A stretch of 64,000 nt of DNA from an uncultured bacterium (GTDB lineage Bacteria > CSSED10-310 > CAZUFC01): positions 1,414-65,413 of the forward strand of contig CAZUFC010000031.1 in NCBI GenBank assembly GCA_964619725.1, given 5' to 3'. The position numbers were made by a program, and so were the translations under genes. Shown one piece after another: positions 50,301 to 58,700 of the stretch (positions are counted from its first letter, which is position 1; every line of letters begins with the position of its first letter). The notes below the pieces were generated by a model. That model was not told the DNA's origin, did no database searches, and saw nothing but the letters and a program-made list of their open reading frames with translations.

Positions 50301-52750
50301 CCCCCATTATGATCGTCGACGAAACCTCAACACAGGATAGAACCTGCACAGACGGCGTGAACTATTACTACGCCGTCACAGCCGTCGATCAAAGCGGCAA
50401 TGAAGAAACTTCCGTTACCGACTACGGACCCGTCAGCTCAAAAGAAAACATCCCGCCTTCTCAACCTCACTCCGTCTATGCTTTCGGCGGTTACGAATCC
50501 TTCACTGTCACCTGGGCGGAGAATCCTGAATCTGATCTGGCAGGCTACAAGGTCTATTACGGTGTTGAATCGGGCGTCTACGATGAAACGGTGGACGCCG
50601 GCGACCAAAATTCCGCTGAAATTACCGGGTTGGACTCATGCACCTTGTACTATGCCGTCGTTACAGCTTACGACGACTCTGAAAACGAAAGCATTCCTTC
50701 CGGCGAAGTCAGCGCTTATACCATTATCCCCGGTCCTCCCGGCGCTCCGGAATGGCTGACCGCAGAAGCCGACGATAATGACGTCACACTCGAATGGGCC
50801 CCTTCACCTGAATGCGACGTCGCAGGTTATAACGTCTATAGAAAGACCGGGCCTTCCGGTAATTTCGTTAAAATACTGTCATTAATAACGGAGACGACTT
50901 GCGTGGACGAAAACCGCAACTATGGCACGACCTACTACTATCGAATTAAAGCCCAGGATCATTCGCTTCAGGAAAGTCCTTATTCGCCCGAAGCCTCGGT
51001 AACCCCGGAGAACACCGAACCGCCCGCTCCGCCTCAAGGCATCTGGCTGGAACCGGGATTCTCTACGATTGAAGTTAACTGGACGGCCAACACAGAGCCT
51101 GACATGATGGGCTACAAGGTGTATTACAAACCCGCCGGCGGCGTCTATGGACCTCCCGTCGTTATGGGCTTGACCACCTCCTACACTATCGGCGGTCTAA
51201 CGGAATGCGCCACCTACTACGTGACTGTAACAGCCTACGACACCGCATTGAATGAAAGCGCACAACCCGCAGCCGTTGAAGGCATAACCAGTTATCCCGG
51301 CTCCCCGGCTGCTCCTGCAGGCTTGACGGGCGTTCCGGGCGACACTTACGTCGACCTGGAATGGGATCACAACACCGAATGCGACATTATGGGGTATAAT
51401 CTCTATCGCAGCCTGACCAGCGGTTCCAATTACATTAAAATCCTGGATGAGACTACCGACACGTCACATCGCGATTCCGGACTCACAAATAATACCTCAT
51501 ACTATTACGTAGTCAGCGCTGTAGACAGACCCGGCAATGAAAGCGATTATTCCGATGAAATTGAAGCGGTTCCGACGCCTGAAACGGTACCGCCCGACCC
51601 TGTAACGGGTTTATCCACTGTCAGAGGCGACACCTATGTGGACCTCTCCTGGGACCAGAGCGGCGCCGGCGATTTCGACGAATACCGCATCTATCAGCAT
51701 TCGGCTCAATTCAGCGACATTAACGAAGCGACGCAGATAGGCGTCAATACGGAACTCGCTGATACGGATTTCCGTGCCGTGGGATTGACCAACGGTACGG
51801 TTTACTGGTTTGCCGTAACCGCAGTAGATTACAACGACAATGAAGACCCCGCTGTCGTCAGCGTCAGCGCTACGCCTGAAGACATTCACATGCCGACTGC
51901 TCTATCAGGTTTCATCGGCATACCCGGCTTCGAACAGGTCGATTTGCAATGGAACGAAAACACGGATTATGATTTCGATCACTACGCCTTGTACCAGGAT
52001 ACTTCTCCTATAACTGAAATCGGCGGTCTGACGCCCATAGCTGAAATTACGGAACAAAGCGCTGACAGTCACCTGGTGGAAGGACTTACGAACGAGCTCC
52101 AGTATTACTTCGCGGGAGTGGTCGTAGACAAAAACGGCAATGTGAGCGCACCGGCGACATGCGACGCTGTTCCCAGATCGCCCATACCCATCATTACGAT
52201 TCCTACCGATTCGGGTAACCCCATAACTGTAACGACTGAACCGGTTACTATAGGAGGTACCGGGCCGCCGGATGCCATGATCGAGGTTTACAGAGGAGGC
52301 GACCTCCAGGGCGAAACAGGTCCTGTCGGTACCCAGGGGACCTGGGCCCTGCCGGACGTACCTCTGATAGTCGGAACAAATACAATTACGGCCAGATCGG
52401 TCATACAGGGATCGCCCAGCAGTCCCTCTGAAGCCGTCTCAATCACCTACGATCCGATTCCGCCAGCCGTAACCAACCTGCAAGCTTTTGCAGGAGATAC
52501 CCTAATCACGCTGACCTGGAACGCTGTTCCCGACGCGGACATCGCCGGGTACAGAATATACCGCAGTACAGGCAGTCAACCCTTGAATTACTCACTGGTC
52601 ACAGAAACCTACTTTATCGACGGAGGGTTAACCAACGGCAGGGGGTACGCCTATCACGTTACTGCCGTGGATAACGGAGGCAATGAAAGCGAAACCTGGC
52701 CGGAGGTCTCTGCCGCGCCTGCAGCAGGCTCACAGTGGGGAGGGAATTAA
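38333..52750 (+). CDS. Giant secreted surface protein (4805 aa): three Kelch propellers, LLVDDD alpha/beta domains, Big_5-type Ig and many FN3 domains
   Basis: Signal peptide; Kelch GG...YD...W repeats (~38540-39420, 39750-40590, 41660-42520); P.DGA.DV..N..I.V.FSE.MD Ig domains; DLAGY.[IV]Y...YY.VTA.D...NES FN3 repeats. Confidence 0.93.
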   Translation: MKKSGIIVCLLLTISIIFLTGYAVVGQGLSEKAKHIKKTTVCAELCPLGSKNIETKKGAGPDKGNQWEQEETSGSIPVYRHAGAAYDGKQYYFNGLDKDNALMNLTQSYDPAISSWDTGLAASPTAVYGACAFEINGQIYLIGGFTSTSGDWAATDAVQIYDPLGDSWSSGASMPVVRGGISGGKAGGKIYIAGGSGSVSYPTDTPTYEYDPLTDTWTVMTACPRGSTGLFFGGGTGLGDKVYAGGDYRGYNTFYEFDPSQNTWNNLSAFPADLGKHSPCLVASETENVLYAFGGSFSYWGAFSDKTYTYNPSEDTWNSFKFDLKDGCCGHAGSLSGNKLYTFSGAQGFYALLPPPHESIQILFEGLNIFPALSRSGAFPGETASHTIEIINETGADDSFDLTYAGNAWVVEGPDNTGLIADGAKLEIEISVSAPASALPFSDSDSATITAAGVGDPSKTDTGELETWTAPMWRMKPPMVEPGRYRAASAAWGDSMYLLGGFDENGWEISDVDRYDYLSETWTELPPMSNARANFDAAALNGRIWIAGGQYNWSYQNRFEYYDIATDSWNTQPSNMPYAASGLGMGAFGTKIYVIGGETDAGESASLFEYDINSDTWTQLSDMPGGPRSYIAATTVGDKLYVVGGWDAMTRAEAYDISSSTWESLPGMHVGRQSPGLSSKNDDLLIVFGGGDGWTPLGDTEYYDIDAATWTHMEMSEMRAGRISPSDCHIGDAIYAAGGSIGDDGTRMFEILPIGSDDTPTPTATTEPWITPSITPTPFASPTPEATFTPFSQTVLLVDQDDDSPDVEIYYTETLDYLGVSYDEWDVDLQSNPSLNDLLPYPIVIWFSGDQYWGPNSDNETVLSQYLDSGGNLFLVSEDYLYSSGLTSFISDYLHVADYEDDVVEMDVVGADGDVIGNGLGPYYLESPSGFSTIWDDYIYPDADPGTSAPFHYISSGIDNCVSYSGIYKSVFFVWPIEALSELDDRADVMSAVLNFLSGEAADYITLIPGEVTGKGCIGETKEYVFKLTNMAEESHTFDITIDSVWPAAGPLAVGPVGAAEYNYLMVEVTVPTTATEGDTDTITITAESQANPELTDSAVIEMEADNEYWLKISRSSLKRVDHAVVACNDKIYVFGGYEDSMGRIMTTEMYDPSTGTWTIKSAVPSPGLEWRSDGKAIDGLIYIPGETVSQNMYIYDTIQDTWTVSALDGATVTRGYETAVIDGKLYKMGGTTGSSVIAETSAYDPSLDTWETKASMLTERKHFMSWKYDGKIYVAGGLDDADTPLLSTEFYDPSLDTWTQDAGFFASLPYACSGAADALHNDKMWLAGGLIDGIDPSDATTQTLYYDPVSNTWLTGPEYPEATFRHDMESTSMGIVSVSGWNADGADYSGLDDSYRLNVCAAPSVIAVYPEDGAIDVDLNTLIFIDFSESMDESSLLAAGAVAVSGPGGDYTGGLEYVESWKRLIFTVDGAFGSGELITVTVDAAVTDLDGIAMDQDFSFSFTVGTSTDDTAPAPVTGLNATDTPDDQGKSIDLSWDASAAPDLAFYKLYRDTSDMTDVTGLDPIAELFVTEYTDTDIQNNLDYYYAVTAVDYSGNENTSVTSAGPVQAVNDLIPAAPDNVTAALTDETEIKVEWDPVNEPDISGYRIHWGTTSPIFMGESEHTYGDLDEIHDLGTCAVQNIYVYAYSGDNDTLYALVEGYDPGSQLWDQLYSGTGGTRILLDAPLSPAVYTKIRIVLDDTENNDTIYYEYEFQTDCGDFEFTEDVGNVDEYVFSGLSECTNYYFVVTALDDGGNESVYSNVDSVSTGQSGAPAIPADIQATGGELMVTLDWTANTECDLAGYNIYRASQSGGDYTLIENLYEGVQYEDSPLPGGQPLFYVITAQDVLGNESAYSVEVSAEPVDSTPPLAPGGLQGRFRDAAVYLEWDECLEDDLAGYKIYYDISPGTYGSSVDVGDTTEYELQGLTNDVTYYICVSSYDAFLNEGDKSSEIQCVPQEMKSILLVEDDLGSYRYGHVFNDSLNDLGYEHNWWQVQLQGYVWPDYYDMEDYDVVIWTTGDDTSSTLTDEEQMNLAAFLDNGGHLFLSGQRVVSNIGLNWFVRNFLHVTAFGTYQSYTVTGEAGDVIGDGLDLSLSYPYGFWNYANRIDPDEYAAVVFNNESSFATGIRYPASGTGNYRVVHLAFPFEAVSDSDPDPDNRNSLMNRIMNWLLSPEVILTDPEDGETDVALNRNISVLFSEEMDETTMTDATVLLEGSLSGSINKTLQYIDGAASLWIWPENDFQAGETVTVTLTDDILDPSGIPLGGEYIFSFTAGDQTDDEAPQPVTGLVAQDAPDDQGGRISLDWDDNAETDLAFYNIYRDTVSFSDVSSMLPIASSLESAYIDDEASLGVEFYYAATATDNAGNEDTAVVSVGPAESIDNIIPPAPENFSAELSDDTSAQMSWDACDEPDVVGYRVHWGTFSPVLSGESNHTYGDLDDTYDLGSCAVQNIYLYVYSSDNDTLYAQVEGYDPVGMQWVGIYSGTGGSRTVLDGDIDPVLYTKIRVFLNDTEHNDEIYYNYVFQTACDQFEFSSYVGNVTEYELIGLNECTLYYFGVTSVDDGGNDSFYADIQSLDTGIPGAPVVPSGVQALSGELMVALTWTANTECDLAGYNIYRSDQSGGPYELIEELYQGTNYEDSPLPGGQNFYYVITAEDHLEQESGYSAEVNAEPSDTTPPAVPSGLNAVFGDGTVQLSWTANTEEDLAGYKVYYDVTPETYGNEIDVGDVTEHEISGLDNDVVYYFSVTAYDTFANESAPCAEVQCIPQALERILLVDDDVGSYQNGAVFTDSLDDLSYEYNLWKASLQGGITPAADFLNQYDLVIWTTGDDYNNTLTANDQSNLSAYLDQGGFLFLCSQRLTETLGINTFVQNYLHGVSCDYTQSYTLTGETGDLIGDGLNLPLSYPTGYAHAANKIEPDAEAATILRNSESEPAAIRYPAAGASDYRVVFFAFPFEAVSDADPDPDNRNSVMTRVMNWLLSPQILDTNPDDGAVDVPLNQAIYVKFSEEMDESTVTETSVTVVGDITGQFDLTFEYRAGEESLWIWPDADYQTGELITVTLTVDLMDLSGIPMGSEYTFSFTAGDAADTQAPAAVTGLTAEDKPDDQGGVISMAWDAGGEPDLAYYNIYREESDFSDVSTLTPLTTTVATAYEDADAPIRIDFYYAATAVDASGNEDTAVTTVGPVHSIDNLPPVAPVGLMPLGYYAHTSPNTYGNYDDQYDFQGNLVQYLYLYVYSGDNDTLSASVQGYNVGADEWQTVYSGYGGTRVAWNGGFMPALYDKIRIQLNDTEDNDIIRYSFKITTMQPSDSIELAWEANTEPDLAGYKVYYGTETGVYTDEIDVGDVIRTFASDLDECVDYYLAVTAYDESLNESGYSAETTTQTSQTNAPATPAGLSGDAGDGQITLSWDANPECDIDGYNVYRSLTSGTGYTRQKTIYDGTSYIDGGLDNYTYYYYVISAVDREGHETSFSDEISIRPVDMTPPAAPTGLYLEPDETSLSVSWNANTEPDLAGYYLKYGTESGVYTEQINVGNITSHTVSGLTNGQRYYAVVSAYDLEMNESAHSAERSAVPDILKPILLVDDDQHGNYDASPYFIASLDAKGFDYNVWNEAQQGGAPDAAYLTQYSEVIWSLGNDYQVTLSAEEQNSISAFLDAGGNLLLSGQYLLTDIGLTDFVTDYLHITAYNSWVQSAVVTGVTDDPIGDGLNLNMNYHYGYHDDANEITGDAETADVFLNGSGNPCGIRYPDTGVSTYRAVCLAFPLDAVASGDPAPNNQAEVLERILNWLMAPLVLSSNPEDGATDVDRTANVYVTFNKDMNPSTINAGSFMLTGSVSGSIAGEYSYLEELKTAEFAPAVSFETGEQVDLLLTVDIQDVHGTALAGEHTFSFTVGSAEDTEAPPMITGLTAADTPDDDGGSIDLNWDASAATDLAYYRVYRNIYPIGSVASLTPIMIVDETSTQDRTCTDGVNYYYAVTAVDQSGNEETSVTDYGPVSSKENIPPSQPHSVYAFGGYESFTVTWAENPESDLAGYKVYYGVESGVYDETVDAGDQNSAEITGLDSCTLYYAVVTAYDDSENESIPSGEVSAYTIIPGPPGAPEWLTAEADDNDVTLEWAPSPECDVAGYNVYRKTGPSGNFVKILSLITETTCVDENRNYGTTYYYRIKAQDHSLQESPYSPEASVTPENTEPPAPPQGIWLEPGFSTIEVNWTANTEPDMMGYKVYYKPAGGVYGPPVVMGLTTSYTIGGLTECATYYVTVTAYDTALNESAQPAAVEGITSYPGSPAAPAGLTGVPGDTYVDLEWDHNTECDIMGYNLYRSLTSGSNYIKILDETTDTSHRDSGLTNNTSYYYVVSAVDRPGNESDYSDEIEAVPTPETVPPDPVTGLSTVRGDTYVDLSWDQSGAGDFDEYRIYQHSAQFSDINEATQIGVNTELADTDFRAVGLTNGTVYWFAVTAVDYNDNEDPAVVSVSATPEDIHMPTALSGFIGIPGFEQVDLQWNENTDYDFDHYALYQDTSPITEIGGLTPIAEITEQSADSHLVEGLTNELQYYFAGVVVDKNGNVSAPATCDAVPRSPIPIITIPTDSGNPITVTTEPVTIGGTGPPDAMIEVYRGGDLQGETGPVGTQGTWALPDVPLIVGTNTITARSVIQGSPSSPSEAVSITYDPIPPAVTNLQAFAGDTLITLTWNAVPDADIAGYRIYRSTGSQPLNYSLVTETYFIDGGLTNGRGYAYHVTAVDNGGNESETWPEVSAAPAAGSQWGGN

Positions 52751-52752
52751 TC

Positions 52753-55700
52753 ATGAAAAGAAATACAATACTGACCATAATAGCAGCAATAGCAAGCGTA
52801 CTCGTTATGACTTCCCATCCCGCATTTTCCGCCGATTATCAGGCGCCCCAGGAAAATGCCGTATTTACATTCACAATCAATAACGTTGGAGAACTGGATT
52901 TACCCGTCACCAGCCTGAACGCTTCTCAGGTCAATTCATTGTCCGTAAGCGTCAGCGTGAACTCTGTCGATCCGTCGTCCGCGACTATTCCGCCGCACGG
53001 CTCTCAGAATTTCACGGTAAAATTCAACATCGGGTGCCCGCCAGAAGGCAGCGACCAGGTGGAAACAGGTAAATTCAAGTTTACCGTCAACGTGAATGAT
53101 GCTGAGGGCCCGTTCTGGGTCGACGGCTGCGATTTTGAGGTTGCCGGTTGCGAAGAACTGGAAGAGGAATTCACGGTCAAGATCAAAATGACCGAATGCG
53201 AAAAATGCGAAAATTTCCAGATTCGGCAGAAAACGCCGGAAGAAATAGGTTTGTGCAATGAGTGCGTTGACGGACATATCGTTCCTAAACCCGTGGACGA
53301 CAACAACGAGTGCACGACTGATTATTGCGATCCTTCGACGGGTATTGTACACCATGATCCCATCAGTTGCCCGCCGGATGATGAATGCACCGATTGGGAA
53401 TGCGATCCCGGTTCAGGTTGCTATGCGATCCATGATCCAGAATGCGATAATTTCGATCCATTGTTTCTTCATACGAACACACGGGAAGCCCCGCCTTATA
53501 CGGATACGGCGAAATATTTCTCACCTTTCCTCCAGGACGCTGTTCGCCCCTATGCCTTTATTGACTTTACGCTTCATGTGGATACGTCGATCGACGTGAT
53601 CGTTTTGGATGCAAATTACCAGGAGATCGCGCATCCGCTGGAAAACTTGAGTCTTGAAGCGGGCGATCACCAGGTATACTGGGACGGCCGTAATGATCAG
53701 GGCGATCCCATGCCCGCGGGTTCTTACACTCTCATCGTCAGGGATTCGGAGATAACAGGGTGGAAATACGTCGAACAGGTCATTGTTTTAGATAACGACA
53801 TGCCTGAAGCCAAAGTATTAGGCGTCTACGCGGAAGATACCGACGGAGACGGCGAATTTGAGACGGTCATAAAAGGCACTGCAGCGGATACGAATATAAG
53901 GTATTACATTATTCAACTGGACATCGACACTGTGCCTTTCACAAATTTCGACTGGTATGAAAGTAAAGTGGACGCGGTTCTCGGCGTCATCGATCAGGAA
54001 CCGCCCACTGACGAACCTCTGACGATCACTCTTCTGGTTATGGACAAAGCCTGGAACGTTTCTGAGATGCAGATCACCGCCGATGCTTCGGATACCTTCC
54101 CCGATTCGCTGGAAATTCAGATCGTCGATTTCAGCATCACGCAGGAAGTCGGCGGACTCAATACCATGACCTTCCCGGACGATCCCAACATCTGGGTGGA
54201 TGACTCATTGCCTCAAAGTGCGGTCGATCCGATGGGCAACTGGTCCTGGAACGATACCGTCAAATGGAGCGGCGCATACTCTCATACGCATGGCGGAGGA
54301 GCAGGCAAAAATTACCATTACTTCATTCACTCCTCAGAATACCTGACGCCCAGCCACGGATGGGGAATCGACCTGAACACCAATATAATCCAGTATGTCT
54401 TCCTGCCTTCGACGAATGTGCCCCAACAGATACTGGTACAGTTTTACACCGGAACCGGAAACGGCGAACATCGCGCTTACTGGGGCTCCCCGCTCATGGA
54501 TATGGGCGGCGTCGCCGGCACGGCATCATACATGCACATGGGCAGCATGCCGATTCATGGACATTGGGTGCGATTGAAAATTCCTGCTGCGGATATCGGA
54601 CTCGTCGGCACACAAATCAAGGGCATGCTCTTCGCCACATACGGCGGGAAAGCTTATTGGGACATTACCACAACATCATCAGACCTTTATGAACCCTCAG
54701 AATCAAGCTGGTCAGTCGTCTATCCCGGAGACGACAACACAACGCCCGTTTTCCTCAAGTTCCATACCAACCTTCCAGCCAACATCAGTCTGGGCATCGA
54801 GGACTCAGACTATAACATCGTCCGTCACCTGGTGGACGATGAATATCTGCTGAACGGTTTCCATGAAGTGGAGTGGGACAACAACGATGATTGGGGGACC
54901 GTCGTCAACAACGGACAGTTCGCTTATCAGTTCAGCACGCCCGACAGCCCCATCGATTGCGATACTTCGGATTACTATTCCATAATCTACAGCGATACGA
55001 CCGCTCCGAATTTTACTCCCGGAGCGGTCGCCGTAGACTCGTCAGACTTCATATGGGTCGCCGACACCTTCAACGGTCTCATCATAAAACTCAACTCAGA
55101 AGGCAGCGCGGTCGATCAGATACCTTTCACTGATGAAATAGGGGGCATGACGACCGATGACTCCGATAATCTTTACCTGACCAACCTGACGACCCATTCG
55201 CTGGTTAAATACGATTCGGACGGCAACCAGCTTTTCGATCTGGGCGCAGCGGAACTCACCGAACCGGCGGACGTCTGCTTTGCCGAAGACGGACTTTTAT
55301 ACATCGCCGACCAGGGCAACGAAGCGGTTCACGTCTTCTCCACCGATGGAGTTTCTCAGGATGTAATCACTCCCTTGTTCCCGGGCGACGACCAGATGAT
55401 CAGCGGCATAGCCGTTGACTCCGACGGAACCATTTTTATCAGCGACGCCCTTAATCACGTAATCGAGATGTTTGACTCCGACGGCGCCTACGTTAAAACG
55501 CTGGGACAACCCGGAGATACGCTGGGCGAGCTCAATCAGCCCGGAGACCTGCAACTCGATCCGAACGGAAACATCTTTGTCGTCGATACCGGAAACGAAA
55601 GACTGCAGAAATTCGACAGGAACGCCTTCTATCTCTCTGCGGTCGAAAGCGTTGAAGAACAATACGACTTCACTTTACCGCTGGATATAGCCCTTAACAG

Positions 55701-58700
55701 CGAAGGGCACATGCTCATCGCTGATGCGGACGAAGGTAAACTCCTTCGTTACAATGTCGCCAGGCAGAACTTCGAGATGGAACGCATCATCGCTTATATC
55801 CTGGTTCCCTGGCCTGATATGCTGGTCGCCGGCTGGCTGAATGTACTGGGGACCGCTTCCGCTCGTAATTTCTGGAAATATTCCCTGGATTACGGCTTCG
55901 GAGAAGAACCCGAAGAATGGGTGAACGTCGTGACGTCCACCAACGAAAAGGATAATGAATACTCCTTCTCCGGCCACCACGATCACAACTCTCTGGGTAC
56001 CATCGAACCACAGGGAGGTTGGAGTCCTCACGCCCTGGGAACGATGATCGTGCGACTGACGGTTGACAGTTACGACGGCCTGACGGCCGAATATAAAGTC
56101 AGAATTTACTGGAGCGGACTGCTGACTTGCCGCAGCGGAGGCACTATCTCCAGCACGGATTACAAGGTATTTCTGACGGTTCCGGCCGGTTCCATGAACT
56201 GTTCGGGCTGGCTGTTCTGCATACAGCCGACGGATCAGGAACGGTTCTACGATCCTGTTTTAACGCCTGTTGGCGATTACTACGAATTTTTACCTCCCTG
56301 GTCCACGTTCAGCATACCGGCTACGTTGAAGATGCATTACACGGATGATGACCGTGATCTGGACAATGACGGAACTCCCGACGTCAGCGAGTCCGATCTG
56401 GCGATTTACGAGTGGCAGCCGCTCGATCAGGAATGGACGTATCTCGGCGGAACGGTTAATGCTGATGAGGATTATGTTTCAGTTCAGATAGACCGGTTAA
56501 CGCGTTACGAATCTTTCTACATGATTGCAGCGGATACTAGCGATGTTCTACCGCCTTACATTTACCAGCCTGAATCGCCGACAGGGCGGCGTTTGATAGC
56601 TGTTCAGGGCGAATCGGAACCCTGCAGCTCCGTCGAACTGCAAGTCAATGGGGAATCGGCCGGTCTGGTCGAAGCCGATTGCGACCTGGGAGCATTCGTC
56701 AGGAATTATGTCGAACTCATCCCCGGCGAGAACACTTTACGCGGTAAAACGCACAGCATCAGAGGAGACATAAGCGGCTGGTCGCCGACATTATCCGTTG
56801 TTTACAACCCGGAAACGCCAGTTTCCGTTTACTCACTCGAATTCATGGTTTCCGATTACACTGTTCCTTTGACCGAAGCGGTGAATACCGGCGACACGCT
56901 CTACCTGCAACTGGTAGGCAGCGACAATGATGCGGAGGAAATCGGTGAAATTTACATCAATCTGTCGTCGAGTTATGTCGATCCGGACGGCTTCCTGGTT
57001 CCTCTGACGGAAACGGCGGCATCTTCCGGAATTTATCGGGGTAAGGCGGAGATACAGGAGCAGAGTTCTCCGGCAACGCTGACTATCGGAGCGGCACAGG
57101 CAGGAGAAATCCTTACTGCGGTATCCGAGGATGATCCGTTGATCAGCGATCAGGTTTCCATGGCTGATGACGGTCCGCCGGAAGCCCCCGTTATAGACTC
57201 CGACAGCCATCCTTCGCTCGTTCAGGCATACTTCGAACAATCGACTGCCGGCGTTTATCCCTACGGCTCAGCAGGCGCAGCACTCCTCAGAGACGGCTCC
57301 ACAGCCAATTCCGGCAACTACTCCCTCAAAGCGGTCAATGACATCCAGAATGGAGATATGGCGATTTTACTGGCCGAAGAATTTGATGCTGCCGAAAATC
57401 CCATCGTCAGTTTCGCATACAAAATCAATGAAGGCGTCAAGGTCAACATCATCGCGTTGGTTGACGGCAAGTGGTATGAGATAGTCATGACGGACGATCC
57501 TATGGAAGTCGAATTTCTGGGTGAAATAATTTACCAGACGATCGGCGATCTGAACGTCATCGACGACGGTGAATGGCATGAGACTGAATTCAACCTTTAT
57601 TCCATGCTGAAAAACGTGTTGACCGACGTTCCGCAAATCACTGTCGAAGCCTTGATCATAGCGGAATGGGATCAGGTCACCTGGGGAGTAGTAGGACCTG
57701 GCGGAAACAATCCGACCGGCGCTTACTATCACCTGGACGACCTGTACATCGGCGCTCCCGGGAACAGCAATTATCCCAGCTTTAACTGGACCGTCGCTGA
57801 TGACTCCAGCGGAATAGCGGGTTTCAGCTACTCGCTTACCGATATACCCGACGACATACCGGACGAGGTATCGGAAGGCCTGGAAAATTCGACATCTTTT
57901 GAATGGAACGTACCCGAAGGCACGCTCTATTTCCATTGCCGTGCGCTTGACGGCGCCGGCAACTGGGGCGATCCCGGTCATTACCGCATATCCGTCGACC
58001 GTTCGGGACCCATAGCGGATTCTCCTGTCCCGGGAGACGGCGAATCTTCTTCATCGCTTGAAATACAGCTTCACATCACCGATTCCGGCGGAAGCGGCGT
58101 TGATGTGGAAACAATAGAAATCCAGATCGAAGGCGAGTCTTACGACATCTCCTGCGGAGGTTTGAGTTTCGATCCTGTTCAGGAAATCATGACGCTGAAA
58201 TTATGGATGATCGAACCTTCACCGCCGCCTATCGAAGATCAGCAGGAAGTGGAAGTCGTTCTGACGGTCGCCGATGATCTGGCCGGAAATCCGCTGCAGT
58301 CGCCCTTCTCCTGGACCTGGACAGCAGACTTCTCCGCTCTGGCCGAGGGCGACCTGGTTCTCCTTTCCTCTCTCGGCGGCATTACCCCGACCTGGAGTCC
58401 CACCGGCGACTACATCGCTTTCGTCTCCGAACGCGACGGAAAGCAGGAAATATACGTCATGGAATCGGATGACTATACCGAACAGGGCGCCACAACGGTC
58501 CGGCTTACTGACTCACCTGATGAAAGCATCAGCAAACAGCCGGCCTGGTCGCCCGTCGATGATCGTATAGCATTCGCTTCCAACCGCGACGGCTCCAGCG
58601 ACATATGGGTAATCAACGCTGACGGAACCGGTCTCCAGAAACTGACCCTTGATGATCCGGAAAACCTGTTCAACGATACGCATCCGACCTGGAACCCTGA

